DNA of 57,739 bases, counting the filler, from Sphacelaria rigidula (lineage: Eukaryota), in assembly GCA_964200075.2 (NCBI GenBank). It is 9 parts of 9 records of this genome, joined end to end, with 100 filler letters (N's around TTAATTAATTAA, not from the genome) between each part and the next. Parts side by side here need not be neighbours in the genome. Positions count along the whole stretch, not along the records: positions 6,428 to 12,754 come from CAXNAA020020758.1; positions 12,855 to 19,181 come from CAXNAA020020759.1; positions 19,282 to 25,608 come from CAXNAA020020760.1; 6 more parts are not named here. One strand, given 5' to 3'. Each line of letters opens with the position of its first letter. Position 1 is the first letter of the stretch. Shown here piece after piece: positions 11,361-25,708 of the stretch. The notes beneath the pieces are model-generated. The model did no database searches. It saw nothing but the letters and a program-made list of their open reading frames with translations, and was not told the origin of the DNA. Made by a program: the position numbers and the translations under genes.

Positions 11361-12754
11361 GTGAATAGTATATGTTCTAATCAGTGTGAAAACTGATTGA
11401 CATTCACCGAGTGTCATTTTCACACCTGTTTTTGTGGTCGTCTCGTAGGCCTTGCTTGCACTGCTCCGACAGGACTTCCTCGGTAAAATCCAACAATATC
11501 CTGTGGATAGCAGGACGAACTGTTTTCATTATTTTACCGATTACCGAATGCAAACCCAGGGAAGCGGGCCCCAACCAGCAGTAACCACAACGCGACGATA
11601 GCTGGATAGACGATGAGCAGCAGCAGACAACACTGGGTGAAAGATTCAAAGGTCAGCATCCAGAGAATCAATCGAAGATTTGATCAGATTTCCTTACAGC
11701 TAGACAGCCGAGAAACATTTCCCAACGGACTGGGGTCCGAGAAATCAATCCGTCAGATTAATCCCAACTTCAGGAAGACTGAAACCCCCGCCTTGTACCC
11801 ACGCACATTTGTCCCCACAAGAACTGGTATCCAAGTAAGCTCCACTGTTTAGGTCAAAGTAGTAAAACGTACCGCGTGACGGCTTCCATGTTCAAGCGTC
11901 CCTCCACGCCAAAGGGTCATGGGTAACGTCAGCCGACCCGCGAGGAACATCGTCCAATCAAGTTTCCCAAGATTATCTTTTTGGCCGAACAGCAAACGGC
12001 GTGTCACTTGCTTTTCTGTCTGTGCCAGCGCAGCTGTAGCACAGCATGTGTGATGCCCTTCACAATTCGACATATATATCATGAAAATCACGTCGTTAGA
12101 AAAATTATCATTTGTATACCATAATGGAAGCAACAAACCAACTGAACTCGAATTCAACCGATCATAGCGCCCTCCAGCACGACCTCTAACGGTTATATGT
12201 GGTACAGTTTGGCGCTCAAATACGACGAACCCTAATCATAAGCCGACTCAAAAAATGGGTCACACTGAATCGTGCCCTAGCGCGTCATGGGTCGATCTCG
12301 CGTCTCCAACCTCATCGTCAACAGTATCGTAGTACTCCTCATTTTTCATAGAACTCTAATACACCTGATGGAATTAAGGGAAAAAATAAGATTGGCCTAC
12401 TCTTCTTCGTAGCAATAAGTCTGCTCGACATACCTGCAAATCTGATAGCCATTTCGTCAGATGAGTTTCACGGCATACGCGTTCCGACCATCAATCAATA
12501 TGGCGGTTATACATGCCTGGTATCATCGTCCTTCGACAGACACTCGCGGCACGCGAACGTGCGACTGCATTACCCTGACAAGCCGCAACCCGGCTACCAC
12601 CGCGAAAGTGCACACACACACACATACACACACACACACATCAGACGGGTTTTCACCTCAGATCTACCTGTACGCACTGCCCTCCGAAGATGCCAAAATA
12701 AACCTCTTCACAATCACGTCAAAATGTTGGTGACAACCAATTACCATAAACCCA

Positions 12755-12854
12755 NNNNNNNNNNNNNNNNNNNNNNNNNNNNNNNNNNNNNNNNNNNNTT
12801 AATTAATTAANNNNNNNNNNNNNNNNNNNNNNNNNNNNNNNNNNNNNNNNNNNN
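12755..12854. other. Artificial contig linker
   Basis: N44-TTAATTAATTAA-N44. Confidence 0.98.
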
Positions 12855-12864
12855 GCAGCTTGGT

Positions 12865-13494
12865 GTTTCGGGACATGGAAAATTTGGCGCATGCTGGTAA
12901 GGTCAATGATGCCAGTCTCTCGAGCGATTGGTAATCGCCGAGCGAGGACACACGAAGAACACGGGCGAGGAGCTTCCTCTCTGTCGTTGCTTCTCTCTGG
13001 TGATATCGCCATCGACACGCGTGTACACCGCATTCGTTGGGCGCACCTAGCCCGAACTGCTCAACTCCTCCTGCGGAGTGTTGAGGGAAAACACCTTCCT
13101 TTCGTGTTACTGTTTGGTATTTTCTCAACGGAAGCGATTTGTGGGTTGAACCTCATTTTATAGTTCAACCCCAAAAATTACAATCGGCTGTTATATTGGG
13201 TATGTGGTGGTAACATGATTCCAATATCTCCAGCGCTTGGGAATCGCCGAACGAGGACACGCGAAGGGCACGGGCGAGGAGCTTCCTCTCCGCCGTTGCT
13301 CCTCCGGTAGTATATCGTCATCGACACGCTTGTGCACCAAATGTATCAAGGGCGCCTAGCCACACCTGCTAAACAGCGATAAAAACTTCACCTGCGAAAT
13401 TTTTTCCCTTGGCATAACTGTTTCGCACAAAGCCTGGATTTCAATTATGCCACTTTGACCTTATTTAAGTGTTCAACACCAATTTCGAGGATCC
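12865..13494 (-). mobile_element. Two tandem diverged termini of family T1
   Basis: 12865-13185 and 13240-13494 both match the reverse complement of 1871-2190. The second ends in ggatcc, as at 306-311. Confidence 0.6.
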
Positions 13495-16400
13495 TGTTCG
13501 GAGTAAAAGCAACCCGGGCCAAAAGGACCACAGAAATGATGAAAGATCACAGCTTGCAATAACATGTTACATACAGTGAATACTTTAAATGCTTTGCAAT
13601 CTCTCAGCTATACAGCGGGGTTATTTCTCAAGGGGTATCTATAAGGCTGGAACCTGCATGGAGGGAAATCGGTATCTCCGGATATTGCTTTGTTTTATAA
13701 TATGGTCGCGTACACATATCATCATGAACCCCGAGGAATGCCGCATTGTTTCTCCGTGAGTTCAACCCATTGTTGGCCCACAGAGGATAAAGTGTCTTTC
13801 AGAGGCTTTCTGTATCGTACGCGTACTCCGGACGCATATTTACACACTAAAGATATTGCCCCGCTGTTTCCTCTGGTGGAGTCGCAAAAGTGGGTCCGAG
13901 TGCAATCCCAGATGGCAATTGCAGGAAAGGTTTCTTACGTCATGCTGGACCCAACACCCCAAACCACACATACTCAGCGAAACCCAAGACTTGTTACGGG
14001 CAACATGGGACATGAACGTCTTCCATCTAGCTCCAGTGCGGATCAAATAAAATATCACGGCACGTCTTTTTTTCATGACAGACCCCACTCACTATGAAGA
14101 CACGCGCACGCGCACACATAACCCGGGCATACGTGCTGACAAAAATTGTAGGTCACGTATTCGTGTCTCAGCCAGCTCGCCTCAAGCAAATGAAAACACC
14201 AGCAACCGCCGCTTGTTCCATCGAAGCGGCATACCTGAACCTCAACGCAGTGTATGCCCAGAACGGAAGACGGAATAACGGAACCTCGTTTGCAGCTACG
14301 GGCACGACAAACTTCACGACATCCCGTGACAGAGAAGCAAGGGGGAGAATGCCATCCCCTCTCGTGTGCAGCTGCACAACAAGATACGGAGAAAGAGACC
14401 ATACATTGGTCGCCCTTCTCAGGACACACCAGGCAAAGGTATCACACAGTACAAGGACAACCAACAGCGACAGCAGCGAAGGCATGAATAGCAAAGTCGC
14501 ACGTGCTACAATAAACACATGGGTATAGATACACGAACAAGAGGGGGAAACCGACACGGAAGCTACGAAACGAACAGTGCACGTCGTCGAGCACACCGAC
14601 CACAGTAAGCATCACCAGTGACAACAGCACGATGAGATGCCAACGGAGCGGGGCGGGGAGGGGGCGGGGTCAAGTTAATGAAGACAACAAGGAAACAACC
14701 CCTACGGGCGAAGGCGCATCATGAACGCCCCGCGCCAGAACCCTCTCAACGACAAAAAAACGCATTGTTCCCTAGGTTACATATATACGACGTATGTAGA
14801 AAACCACTCGCGATCAACCATCCCAGAACCAAACATTGGAGACCCCCAAAGGACATCATGACACCACAATATTACATGTACGAGGATGATTTCCAAACGT
14901 CCCGCAGACATTCCTCCATCGTACGTCAAAGCACAACCGGGACGAAGCGCAACAGCAAGCCCGACACCGTACAACGAAGGAGACAACACCAACACCCATG
15001 CACTCCAATAAAGCGCACTTAACGACTCAATATGATTCCTTCCTGTACGATGCCGAACAGAGAACCGATGAATTTGTCTCCAGCGTGCGAGCGCAAGAGG
15101 ACGGGATCCCGATGCAGCGCGGCGGGGCTTGGAGACTACTGTGATGAGCTCTGCACAAGGATACCAAACTGCTAGTGAAATACAAATGCCCTCCTGCCGG
15201 TCCACAAGCTGATTTTGGGAAGTTTAACGCACTCGAAGACGGGGCGAGGCCAACACACCACAGTTCACGAGACCGCGGAAAAGCAAAAATAAACGATGCA
15301 CGCGCATAGTCAGCCCGAGCCATGCATACATGCATTTTGGGTTTGAAGGGCATATCACGAGACGAAAGCAGCGCACGAGAAAAAAAGCAAAAAAAAAAAC
15401 GCATCCAAAACATGGGGCACGCACGAACCCACGGATATATATTTAGGCCCAAAGACCGTAAACGATTGGAAACACTCGCAAGGAAAACCAAAATATCCGG
15501 AACACTCGACGCAGAATATTCGTGCTACGGTCGAACTACTGTAAACGTTATTTATGCAGCCAGCGCTAAACGAAGGTAAGTACTGCACCCCATGACCAAC
15601 ACGAACAGACTGTCACAAACGCAAAATACCGGGGTAACAAAGCCCCCGTCCCACCCCACCCCTTCCCCAGCTCTTGAACAAAATCTCACGTTCAGGGCCC
15701 GGTGCAAAATTCCCATCACAATATCTACTTGACAAGCACACGTGACAATGATTGATCACCAGCACTTCCCCTCTTATGCCTCCCCCACTCCTCGCCCCAA
15801 CAAAGCCAACAAGCCAACGAAGACACACGAACAAGCAAAATAACGAGCGAACAAAGACACACCCTCCCGCGAGACACATCGGGTTCTTGTTTCCATGCAC
15901 GGTAGCTCTAGGCTAAAGGAATACTCGAGTACTGAGTCAACACCTCACATGAGACCAGTCATCACACCCTTCATTTCCGGTCACCCCCGGGAGCGCTTGT
16001 TCCCGTGAGCAACGGCGAAGTTGTCCCTTCCCCCCCCTTCGACAACAAACATCAACGACAACGACATTTTGATGAAAACAGCATCAAGTGATATCAAGAC
16101 ACCGCGATGCACCCAGTGATGGGTAGGACAATACACGCACAAATAGACGCCCCTTCGTGCTCCCCCTCTTCCCGAATCCCAGTCCATGCTTCCCATCAAC
16201 GAGCATGACATTCTTTTGTGCGGAAGAAAGGTGCCAGACAGCTGATGCGATTTCGTGAGCCAAGCATTTTATTGCAAAGATACACGACGCATATACGCCA
16301 ATGCACACACACACGCAATCATGACACCCGCTTGACACCCCAACACAAACAACAGTTGCTGCAACAAACAACGCTGCGGCAAAGCTTGAACACCTGTGGC

Positions 16401-19181
16401 TCCCACTGCCTCACTCCACTCCTCGACCGCCAAAAGGGAACAATTGATGTTCGCACGAACGGCGATTCGAGTCAGAGAGTATCCCAAACACTGTGTCAGC
16501 ACATCAAAGAGCGGTCCTACCCACATAGACACTCAAATAGTACCCCCCCCAGACACCCACGCACTCACCCATCCACACACACACCTTAAGCATGGTGCTT
16601 ACAAACAAGAGAGAAGCTGCTTCGACGTGGCGTGAGGGGGGACACCGGGAGACGGCTTTCCGCACCAACGGTTGATCCAACCAAGGTCGCAAACAGTACA
16701 CAATCCCCGCTGTCAAGTAGCAAAACCAATCCCACGCGCGCGCACACACAAAACAAAACACCGCAGTACAAACTGGAGGAAGGTTACGGTACGGTAGTAC
16801 ATCTATTTTGCACACAAAACGAAGACACGCGCGGAATTTGCCACAACCCAGATAGCACACACACACGCAGCATACAAGGACGAGGGAAACACGTCAAAAC
16901 ACACACACATACACACACGAGAAAACGGGACAGAAACATTCACACCGCCAAAAACGCACGCTGTAACAACATCCCACACCCAAATTACCTTATCTCACCC
17001 TTAGAACCACACACAATTTTCGCGAGATGATGACGGAAAGCCGAGGAAGTCGAACCGCGTGGTGTACCCAATATCGGCGATCACTTCAGCTTGCTGAAGT
17101 CTTTTCAAATCACATCTAGATAATTCCTTTTATAATAGTACCTGATTCTCTTTATTACGATTCGGGGAAAGATGGAGTCTACGCTTGGATCCGGATGCGA
17201 CCCGTTGACCAGAAACGCCTCCTCCAAGCACGAGTGCGTTCTGCGACGACACCAAAGCACGAATAATCAAAACAGGTGGAAAGAAAAACTGCTGCCGCAC
17301 GGAATTGGTGAGCTGAAACCCTGCCTTGTCGGCGTACACGCAACACTATCTTAGAGAAGCGGCGGACCCACCATTCGCACTGAGTAATTACCGCAACTGT
17401 CATGGGGAAGACATTTTGTCTTCCCACTGAAGACCTATCCACAGGGGAAAATCAAAACGGATAGCCACGAATAAATCCTCGAGAGGAAACGAAACGCCCG
17501 TGCGACAGAACGAACGGCGATCTATTCACTTGCACACGAATAGCAGCAATGTTTGATCTGTACTGAACAGCCAACTTCTACCCACTGCACATTTGCCGTG
17601 AAAATGTTTGATCTACACGGATAACAATACGTTATTTCGTTCGCGCATAAATGAATGGATATATATATATATATATATATATTTAATTTACACAGACTAA
17701 ACAAAATGGTGCATGTCAACTTCTAATGATATTTTTTCCCCCCGAACCAAGTACCTCGACACTTGTCCTCCACTGAGGGCGGAAGGTGGACGACCGCGAA
17801 AGGGATCGAAAAAGTCCCCCTGGTTGATGCGCTTTTGAAGCACGGGACCCAAACCGTGACCCGAGCCCTGACTCAAGTCCCCGTTCAGAGCAAGCCGATG
17901 AACCCCTTGTGCGGTCGCAGGGGACGGGGAGCTCAGAGGGTACGCTAGACATCATCAGGGTAGCGAAGCCCGAATCGGCGTCTGTGGTGCCGAATCGAAG
18001 CAAACACCGGTCCTGCCCACACTGGTGAGCGCATACGACTGCCAATCTCCTTCACGATCCAGAACTTGACGTCCACACCAGACCGACGAGAAAAAACCAT
18101 GGACGATTCGAGCGCGCACTCGTGGGAATCCTTCTACTGTACATCACGGACTACGCCAAGGGTACGGTTGGAGGGGGCTGAGGGTCTCGTTCCCGCTCCC
18201 GTGAACACCAGCGCAGATGTTCTGCGCTAGTGCTGTCCGGCTCTCGAACGGGAACATTTATAATAGCCCTCCTTCGGCGTCTTCCAGTATGTTCAAGGCC
18301 GACAGGACTCCTCTCGAGCGAGCTACGGGTTTTTCTGAGCTTTTTTTAGCCACGGCCAGTGCTGGGAAATGACTTTCCTCCGCCAACGTCGTTGAGGTCA
18401 GTGGACCGTGTGCCGATCTTATCGCGGGTGCGATACAGCAGGATTGAGCGCCCTTGTCCATGCCGCCGCCGTCATCGCTGACGCTATTTCGTCTTGTGTC
18501 GGTAACGGAGAGCCCCACCGAGCAGAAGAGGGCGGAGGAAAGCACGTAGCTTGCGCAGATCTGGGGGGGGAAAGGGAGAGGGGAGAAGAAGATGCCGTAC
18601 AGTTTCGAGGGCAGCCAAAAGACCAGTTGAGCGTATTCTTCTGGACATCCTTCGTACCCTAAAACTTTCATGACAATGCCTCAGGGAAACTGGGGGGGGG
18701 GGGGACACTCTTGCATGAAGTCGACTTTTCCGTCAAAATCCAATTATTTCGTGAGTGTCGGTCAGACCCCGAGTCGCACGAGTGGGAACTTCAACGGACA
18801 CGATCCGTGGAACAGTCATGCCGACTGTTTCTAGATTGAACGAGAACTAATCACATCATTCGATCGCAGCCTGCGAGTCGCAGAAACAGAAAATTGCCTC
18901 GTGTATCTGCAGCGTTTTTTTCTATACTCGGTTCTGCACGTTGTGGTTGGTTGATCCACTGAGTATGTTTTATGCTCAACTGTACTCAAGTATCCTATAC
19001 CTCCTCGCTTATGCTGATACTTCACCTGTGCTATAGTATGCCCTAGTTCTTCATTTCTGCTTGACTACGACCGGCAAGGTCGAACATGAAGGTCATGGGC
19101 AGGGGGGGGGGGGGGGGGCACCCGTGGTTTTCATGCCGTAGTAGTAAGATCACTGACCTCGCGTCGTGGGGGGGGGATCGG

Positions 19182-19281
19182 NNNNNNNNNNNNNNNNNNN
19201 NNNNNNNNNNNNNNNNNNNNNNNNNTTAATTAATTAANNNNNNNNNNNNNNNNNNNNNNNNNNNNNNNNNNNNNNNNNNNN
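19182..19281. other. Artificial contig linker
   Basis: N44-TTAATTAATTAA-N44. Confidence 0.98.
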
Positions 19282-19377
19282 TCCTCCTGTGTGACCCCGG
19301 CTGATGCGCTCACATATCTCGAAAGGGGTAGACTGACGCCCAGAATAAATGGGGCGACAACACACAACAAACACACA
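19282..19377 (+). mobile_element. SINE family S1, 3' end
   Basis: tcctcctgtgtgaccccggctg...ccagaataaatggggcgacaacacac matches 40726-40824. Confidence 0.75.
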
Positions 19378-19949
19378 GCTCGTAGTTCCGCCGCTCTTTT
19401 CCGCCTGGCACACGCCATACGTACTACTGTTGTGGCCGTGTAGGATGCACTGACTGTGCGGAGGATGCTCTTGAGTTGAGTGGACAACGAGAAATATGAT
19501 TGGACCGTGCACCGAGATCCGAAGCTGGAAGCGCGGACGGAGATACCAAGTTTGAAAAAGTCTCTGCAAAACAAGTACACTACAGTCAAAGTGAGGATGA
19601 CTTTTACGATGTTGGTTGCTGGGCCTGGCTGGGTCGCGGCCATGGTTGTCTGGCATTTTGACAATGTGCGGGATAAAAGACGACAGCGGGATATTTCTCA
19701 ATAAAGCGTTACAGAACATTTTCAAATTTTCAAAAAAGATGACGCGCATAGGCGTGTGCTTCCTATGACAAACAAGTACGTCGCGCTGATGCAGTTGTGA
19801 GTCACGCTGAAACCACCGCATTTACGTTATTTCCTCTCCTTGCTGCGCCCCACCCACCCTCCCGTATTCACAACTCCAACTCACACTCTCATCCCAGCCC
19901 TACACACCCTTGTATCCTTCGTCTTTCACCACCTCGCATACCCGTTACC

Positions 19950-22900
19950 ATGAAGACCTCCACCCAGATGTTCGTTGCCTCTGCCACTGCCCTGGTGGCC
20001 TCCTCCACCGCTTTCGTCGCGCCCGCGGGCGCCATGCGCGCCACCCTCCCTGCCACCGCTTCGTCCTCCAGCCTCACCATGAGCGCTGGATCCGACTACG
20101 TGGCGACTTTGCCTGGAGCTCCGTTCGGTGACGGCAAGATCTTCGACCCCCTTGGCCTGTCGGACGGTGCGGCCCCTGGGGACATCAAGCGGTGGCGCGA
20201 GGCAGAGATCAAGCACGGCCGCGTATCCATGCTTGCGGCCCTTGGTGTTCTAGTCGCCGAGGTGAGACAACCGATCTCTGATGATTTATCAGACAACTCA
20301 AGGTCTTGTAGGGCTGCATTGCTTGATGAGCATTGCGGTGTTGTATGTGAGCGAAACACGAAGCAGTCCTGTGTCCCGCGTCCGGCAATCGATGTCATGA
20401 GTGTCACTGCCCGATGGTCGTGCCACCTCCGAAGCGGAACATGGGGTGTGATGCGAAACATTCAACATTCTCACGACGGTCCAAGTGTTCATATGTACCA
20501 CCACTATAACCTGCGCCGTGCACGTACGTACGTATTGTGTATGTTGATGCTGAGCACATGTGTCGAGTCCTGGCCGTGAGTCTGTGCACGTCTGCATCAT
20601 GTATCGGCACCAACGATCCATTCGCCTTGTAATGAGGATTGATAAGCGGAATCATGCGCATTCTGCATGATGTACATGATCATGAAACAACAGACAGCTC
20701 GGTTGGGTCCACACGTGTTGACGTGTGGTGTCTCGACCACATGACGTGAGAGGACAGACATCATCAGCCGCATGAGTTACTCTAACTCACAGTCCCCCTC
20801 GTTTGACTTCCTTGTCCGTTGCGATTATGTACCATGTCACAGGAGTTCCACCCCTTCTTCATGGGGCCGGACTACATCGGACCTGCTGTCGATCACTTCC
20901 AGGAGATCACCGCGCAGTTCCCGCAGGTGACGAATCGGCTCCGATGCATGTCTGAGACGGTGTAGAGAGTCTCCACGACTGGCTTGAAAATCGCCCACAT
21001 TGTCCGTGGCGCAGTACAGAGCAGGCGGTTGGTTTTTCCACTCCACGGAGTGACTCTGGCTAAGGGAACGATCACAAATTTGGTGATGCGTAGACCGCGT
21101 GCAATGGCCCCAATGCCCGCCGTCACCCGGTTTCCAACGCAAGGCGTTTGTCGGCGAAGTTCGCGAGCTGCCGTGACAACAGTTTGTTGGTTCCTCATTG
21201 ACCGTACCCACGTACCCACGGACGCCCTTCACTGTCCCAAAAGCAACAGTATGTTACAACATGGAACCGCCTGCAGGGGATGTGAACCACGACACGTCAT
21301 GTGTCATGGGGTCATCACCATAAAGGTGCCGGTGTGACAGTCTCTTCTCACAGGACGTGCCGGTGTGCTCTACCGATTATACCATTATCATGTAGAACGG
21401 AAAGTAGGTTAGAGCATTGCAGTTGTTGGCGCGATGTCGGATATTCATCAAGAGAACTGGCCTGCACAGTACCACGTATCCGTCGGACGGGCAACTTGAA
21501 ACGGATTGTGCAATAGCAGATTCGTAAGTGGCTGACATCTTGCCTGTGGATGAAGATGACAAAAACGTGCGTGGTGGCACACAATATTTTTGAATTGGAG
21601 TTCGGGTTGTGTTTCGAGATAAAATTACCGATTCATCGCGCGACATCGAACGAAACATGACTTGTACAACAGCTCACTAATTCCTCTGCGATCACACCGG
21701 CCGTTATCGGTATAACATGATTGAATTTCTTCCACGCCCATCGTCTCTTGTGCCTGCTCCTCTGTCGTCCACCGATGCTCCAAAGTTCTGGGTGGCGTCT
21801 CTATTGGGCATTGCGTTTATCGAGTACAACCAGATCACCACCGCGTTTGCGGAGCCCGGATCAATGACGGGTGAGGCTGGGCTGAAGGAGGACTACATGC
21901 CGGGAGACCTTGGGTTCGATCCCCTCGGTCTCATGCCGAAGGACGACGAGGGCCTAGCGACGATGCAGACGAAGGAGCTCAACAACGGACGCCTGGCGGT
22001 GAGATGTCTCTACACTAGATGGTTGCACACACGAAGAGTTCGATCAGTAGAGGTACCTCAGCCTCAAAATTCCATGGAAGGAGGACCATTAAAAACACCA
22101 GGAATTATGTAAATTTACATTGTCGTCAATTTTCAATAGCGTTTCCGCGTGTCACCTATTATTATAATGTACCTTCCATGACCGACTCACGAGCTAAAGG
22201 GTTTTCAGGGCTCCTGCGACTATCATGCTCCAGGTGATGACACCCGAGATTTTTGCTTGATGAAGGCAATGGCCACTATTTCATGAAAGAGCTAAGTCGA
22301 CCCATATTTTCCTCTATTTATTGCAATGGAGCCGAAGACATCTGTTTTTGGCCCGTGACTTTTCACGGTCGATAATACCCAGTGACAATCGACGTACTTC
22401 CTCTTTATCACCCCTCCATCAGTTGAGAATCTTGTCCACAACACGACCTGCTACTTTTCCCAATTCTTGTAGACGCTACAGGCTCGGCCAGCAGTGAATC
22501 CCGCCTTCGCCTGTCACCATAATTCATGAAATAAACCAGACAAACCCGACTTGGGTATGTCGGTGTCACCTGCAGACCAACCTATTGGCGCACGGCACCG
22601 CTGAGTGAGGAAGTAAATATGACGTCTTATTGATGTGCTACTCCCGAGATACTCTCCGCCGCCGCCTTGATGAAAAATTCATCTCTCTGTGTGGAGGGGT
22701 GGGAGGGGTCCTTGGATTGAGTGAAGACGAGCGTTAAGCTTGGCTCTTGTACAAATGCAGATATGCATATCAACGAAGATTTAGGTTCACGCTCGTCGAA
22801 AAGCGCAGTATTACATATCTTCGCTCGTCGGATTGCTGATGCACCTCTCGAGTCGTTCATCACGAGCCATGACTCGTACGAGTATGAAGTTCCTCTATTT

Positions 22901-23181
22901 GTCATGTTCCTCGAAGGTTGTGGATTTTGATGCTGCTGTCGTCAAATTTTGAGCGCATATCTCCCCAAAGTACATACGCCCCCACCCTGTGCGACTTGTA
23001 CTCTCGGCGGGTATACTGACTTTTGGTCATTCTGCGTGTTGTCGAATCGCCCTTCCAAACATGGCTCACCTCGTTTATTTTCTCTCACCTCTACATTTTT
23101 CGCGCGCGTCAACACCAGATGATCGGAATTGCTGGTATGCTGGTGCAGGAGCTTGTCAACCCCGCCGACATCCTGGGCTAG
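19950..23181 (+). CDS. LHCX: Light-harvesting complex protein, LHCX/LI818 (LHCSR-like) family, 223 aa; join(19950..20261,20843..20926,21786..21998,23119..23181)
   Basis: Four exons joined by phase-0 GT-AG introns give one open frame. It has a signal peptide with an ASAFAP-like site (SSTAFVAP), FDPLGL, helix 1 WREAEIKHGRVSMLAALG, the LI818-type GPAVDHFQ, then YMPGDLGFDPLGL and helix 3 MQTKELNNGRLAMIGIAGMLVQE, with TAG at 23179-23181. Confidence 0.93.
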
Positions 23182-24789
23182 ATTATCATCATATAGCGAA
23201 GTAGAGATTCGACAGACAACAGCCATTCGGGTTTTCGTCTAAACTACGCCACGACAATCAAGAGGCTTATCTACCGCGTTGCCGCGGCACGAGATTGTAA
23301 GCTATTTGGGACATTTGCAGTATGATTTCCTGAGAAGCAGTGGACATATTTGGACGGTTGTTTTCCTGTATGTGATGCGTGGACTTTGTAGGTACTAGTG
23401 AAGTGGATGTCACTTGTCAGATTCGTGAACGCGTCGATGTTGTAAGTTTATTGCACCAGCAGTGTGGCTGGTGTGAAGAGTGTAGTGTTGTTTGTCTCCA
23501 TTCACGATATGTACACGGCTCTGCTTTTGGAAAGATGGGCTCGAGGCGATCGAGTTCCGCCACTTCGGTTTTGAGTTGTAGGAAATAGTGTCCATGTCTG
23601 GGGGTACTCTGTTGTGCCGGAGGAAAGACCTCGCGTAAGGGCACTTGGGCGTCGCACAATTTTGAGTTACAAACTTACATTTGAAAAATTGGAGTGCTTC
23701 GTAACCAGGTGAAGCCGAAAATATTTTCCGTTCTTCTACACGTTGTCCGTGGGGAAATGATTTCGACTTCATGGCTCCCACATTTGACACGGTCGAGAGC
23801 TCGACATGACGACGCACCCACTTTTTTCGCATCGTTTTCATCGAAGTCGACCGAGGAGACCGGATGACTTGTCCCAAACTAAAATTTAAAGTCCACCACC
23901 CGTGGTGCGTAGCAGCGGCGTCCTTTTCACACGTCTCGCGCGTTACATTTCCGTCTGTGGACCCCCATTTCCGCTGCGCGCTGACATACTATCGCCCCGG
24001 GCTTTCCCCCCGTCATGTCTCGCCATACGGAGTGGAAGTGCAGACGAGGGACGCCCCGGCAGTTTTCATCCACGACTAAGTTTCTGGCATTTTGTCTAGA
24101 CACCTCATGAAATAATACCGGTGAAAACTTGGGACACGTACTCTTGTGTAAACACGGTTGGGGGGCTACCGAAACCATCTGTCGTGGCTATCCAGGATGA
24201 AACCACTCAATGTGTGGAATCAAGCCCTACTTCGTACCAGAAAAGCCTTGCTCGCGCACGAATCCAGTAGTTTGCCTGCGTTAAGATTGTTCTGTTGCCT
24301 GAAATGGACCACCTTCAGACACTGCACCAGAGTAGCGCAATCCCATACCAACCGTGATGATAAAGACATCGTGGAACTCAGCTTGTAATGTCAATTCGAC
24401 AAGAGTCTCCCGCGTTCCGAAGGTCAATGTGGTTATCGATCACTTTCCTGTAGAAGACTGGTGACGGTTGAAATCGGAGGTAGTGTCGTCTTGCACACAA
24501 CTCCTGTCACTGGCCATGCCACCTCCCGCAACCAAGATCAGGAGCGATGGGATTTAAAAGGGGTCACAGTGAAATTGAGGATGACGGACCATGACACGGT
24601 ACACGAAGCAGTACTTTGGGCAGCATCACGCCGTGGCAGCGCACCCCGTGCGCCGCGTCTCCTGTCGAGAGCTGGACCAGCCGAAAGATGGAGTTGGACT
24701 CTAGAGCAAAATGTCGTCGACACAAGCAAATTGTGCCGTGAACCGTATATCGTACTAATCCGTCCAACCAAAGGGAAGGTGCCATGTAC

Positions 24790-25608
24790 TCAAAAATCTG
24801 TGCAAATATTTTCTCGTCGATTGAGCCCCATGTCTAATACTTGCTATACCGTACGGAGATAGCGTTCACACTAAATCCACATGAAACTCCGAACGATACA
24901 CTCAGCGGAAGAAGATGAATGTTGTCGTGGAGTTTCCCTGGAGCACGGGGAGACGATAGATACCCTCACCATCACCTAATTATCGATCTATCTCGAGATA
25001 CGGGGCACATATTTTTTCCATACTAACTTCAACATAGTACGAGCAGAGGCACTAGACGCCCCACTATACATCTGGATATCGTGTCTCATCTTTCGAGAGT
25101 TGTACTATGAAATTTGGTATGGAGAACCGCTAGTAGTGAAAAATAAAATGAACAAAATAGCTTTTCACCTCTTTTTCGTTTCTTTCGTTTTTTTTTTTTC
25201 TCGTTTTTCTCGTGTTTCTAGAGGGGTTTGAGGAGTCGTGTATCAATTTTTCAGCTCAATTTTTAGAATTATGTTTCGAAACTTAGCGTGGAGAACCACG
25301 AAGGTGTGTCGAATTAAACAAAAAATGGGCCTTCTGTTTTTCTTCTTTCATAGAGGTTCGGGCGTTCTCGTGCGAAATGGACTCTACTATATTAAAACGC
25401 CCTAAGCCAGTGAAAAATGAAAAAAAAAATCTGATCCATCGAGTTATGTTGAATATGCCACAGCAAGAGCTCACACAATTTTTCAAAACACCAGAACCAA
25501 ACGTGGGCCGGTGAGTGGCCTGCGAAATACTGTTCCGAATTTCTACCGAGCCGGGTTTTACAAAGGCGAATGCGGCGGCCAATATTTAGAGTTGAAGCGA
25601 GCAATGCT
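24790..25608 (-). mobile_element. Partial copy of mariner-type non-autonomous family M1
   Basis: Reverse complement aligns with about 26410-27200 (e.g. gagcagaggcactaga, tgtatggagaaccgctagt-like, aaacgtgggccggtgagt). Cut by the contig end. Confidence 0.75.
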
Positions 25609-25708
25609 NNNNNNNNNNNNNNNNNNNNNNNNNNNNNNNNNNNNNNNNNNNNTTAATTAATTAANNNNNNNNNNNNNNNNNNNNNNNNNNNNNNNNNNNN
25701 NNNNNNNN
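25609..25708. other. Artificial contig linker
   Basis: N44-TTAATTAATTAA-N44. Confidence 0.98.

Noticed and set aside
14080..17030. Many overlapping Thr/His/Gln-rich ORFs
   Set aside because: A/C-skewed low-complexity sequence, with no recognisable motif or consistent splice pattern.
17130..17442. WWVRRF and YADKAGF as pogo transposase motifs
   Set aside because: Too short, in different frames, and without TIRs or other supporting motifs.
19797..20579. 260-aa ORF as the LHC protein
   Set aside because: It starts upstream of the likely ATG (19950) and reads into intron 1. The spliced four-exon model restores all three helices.
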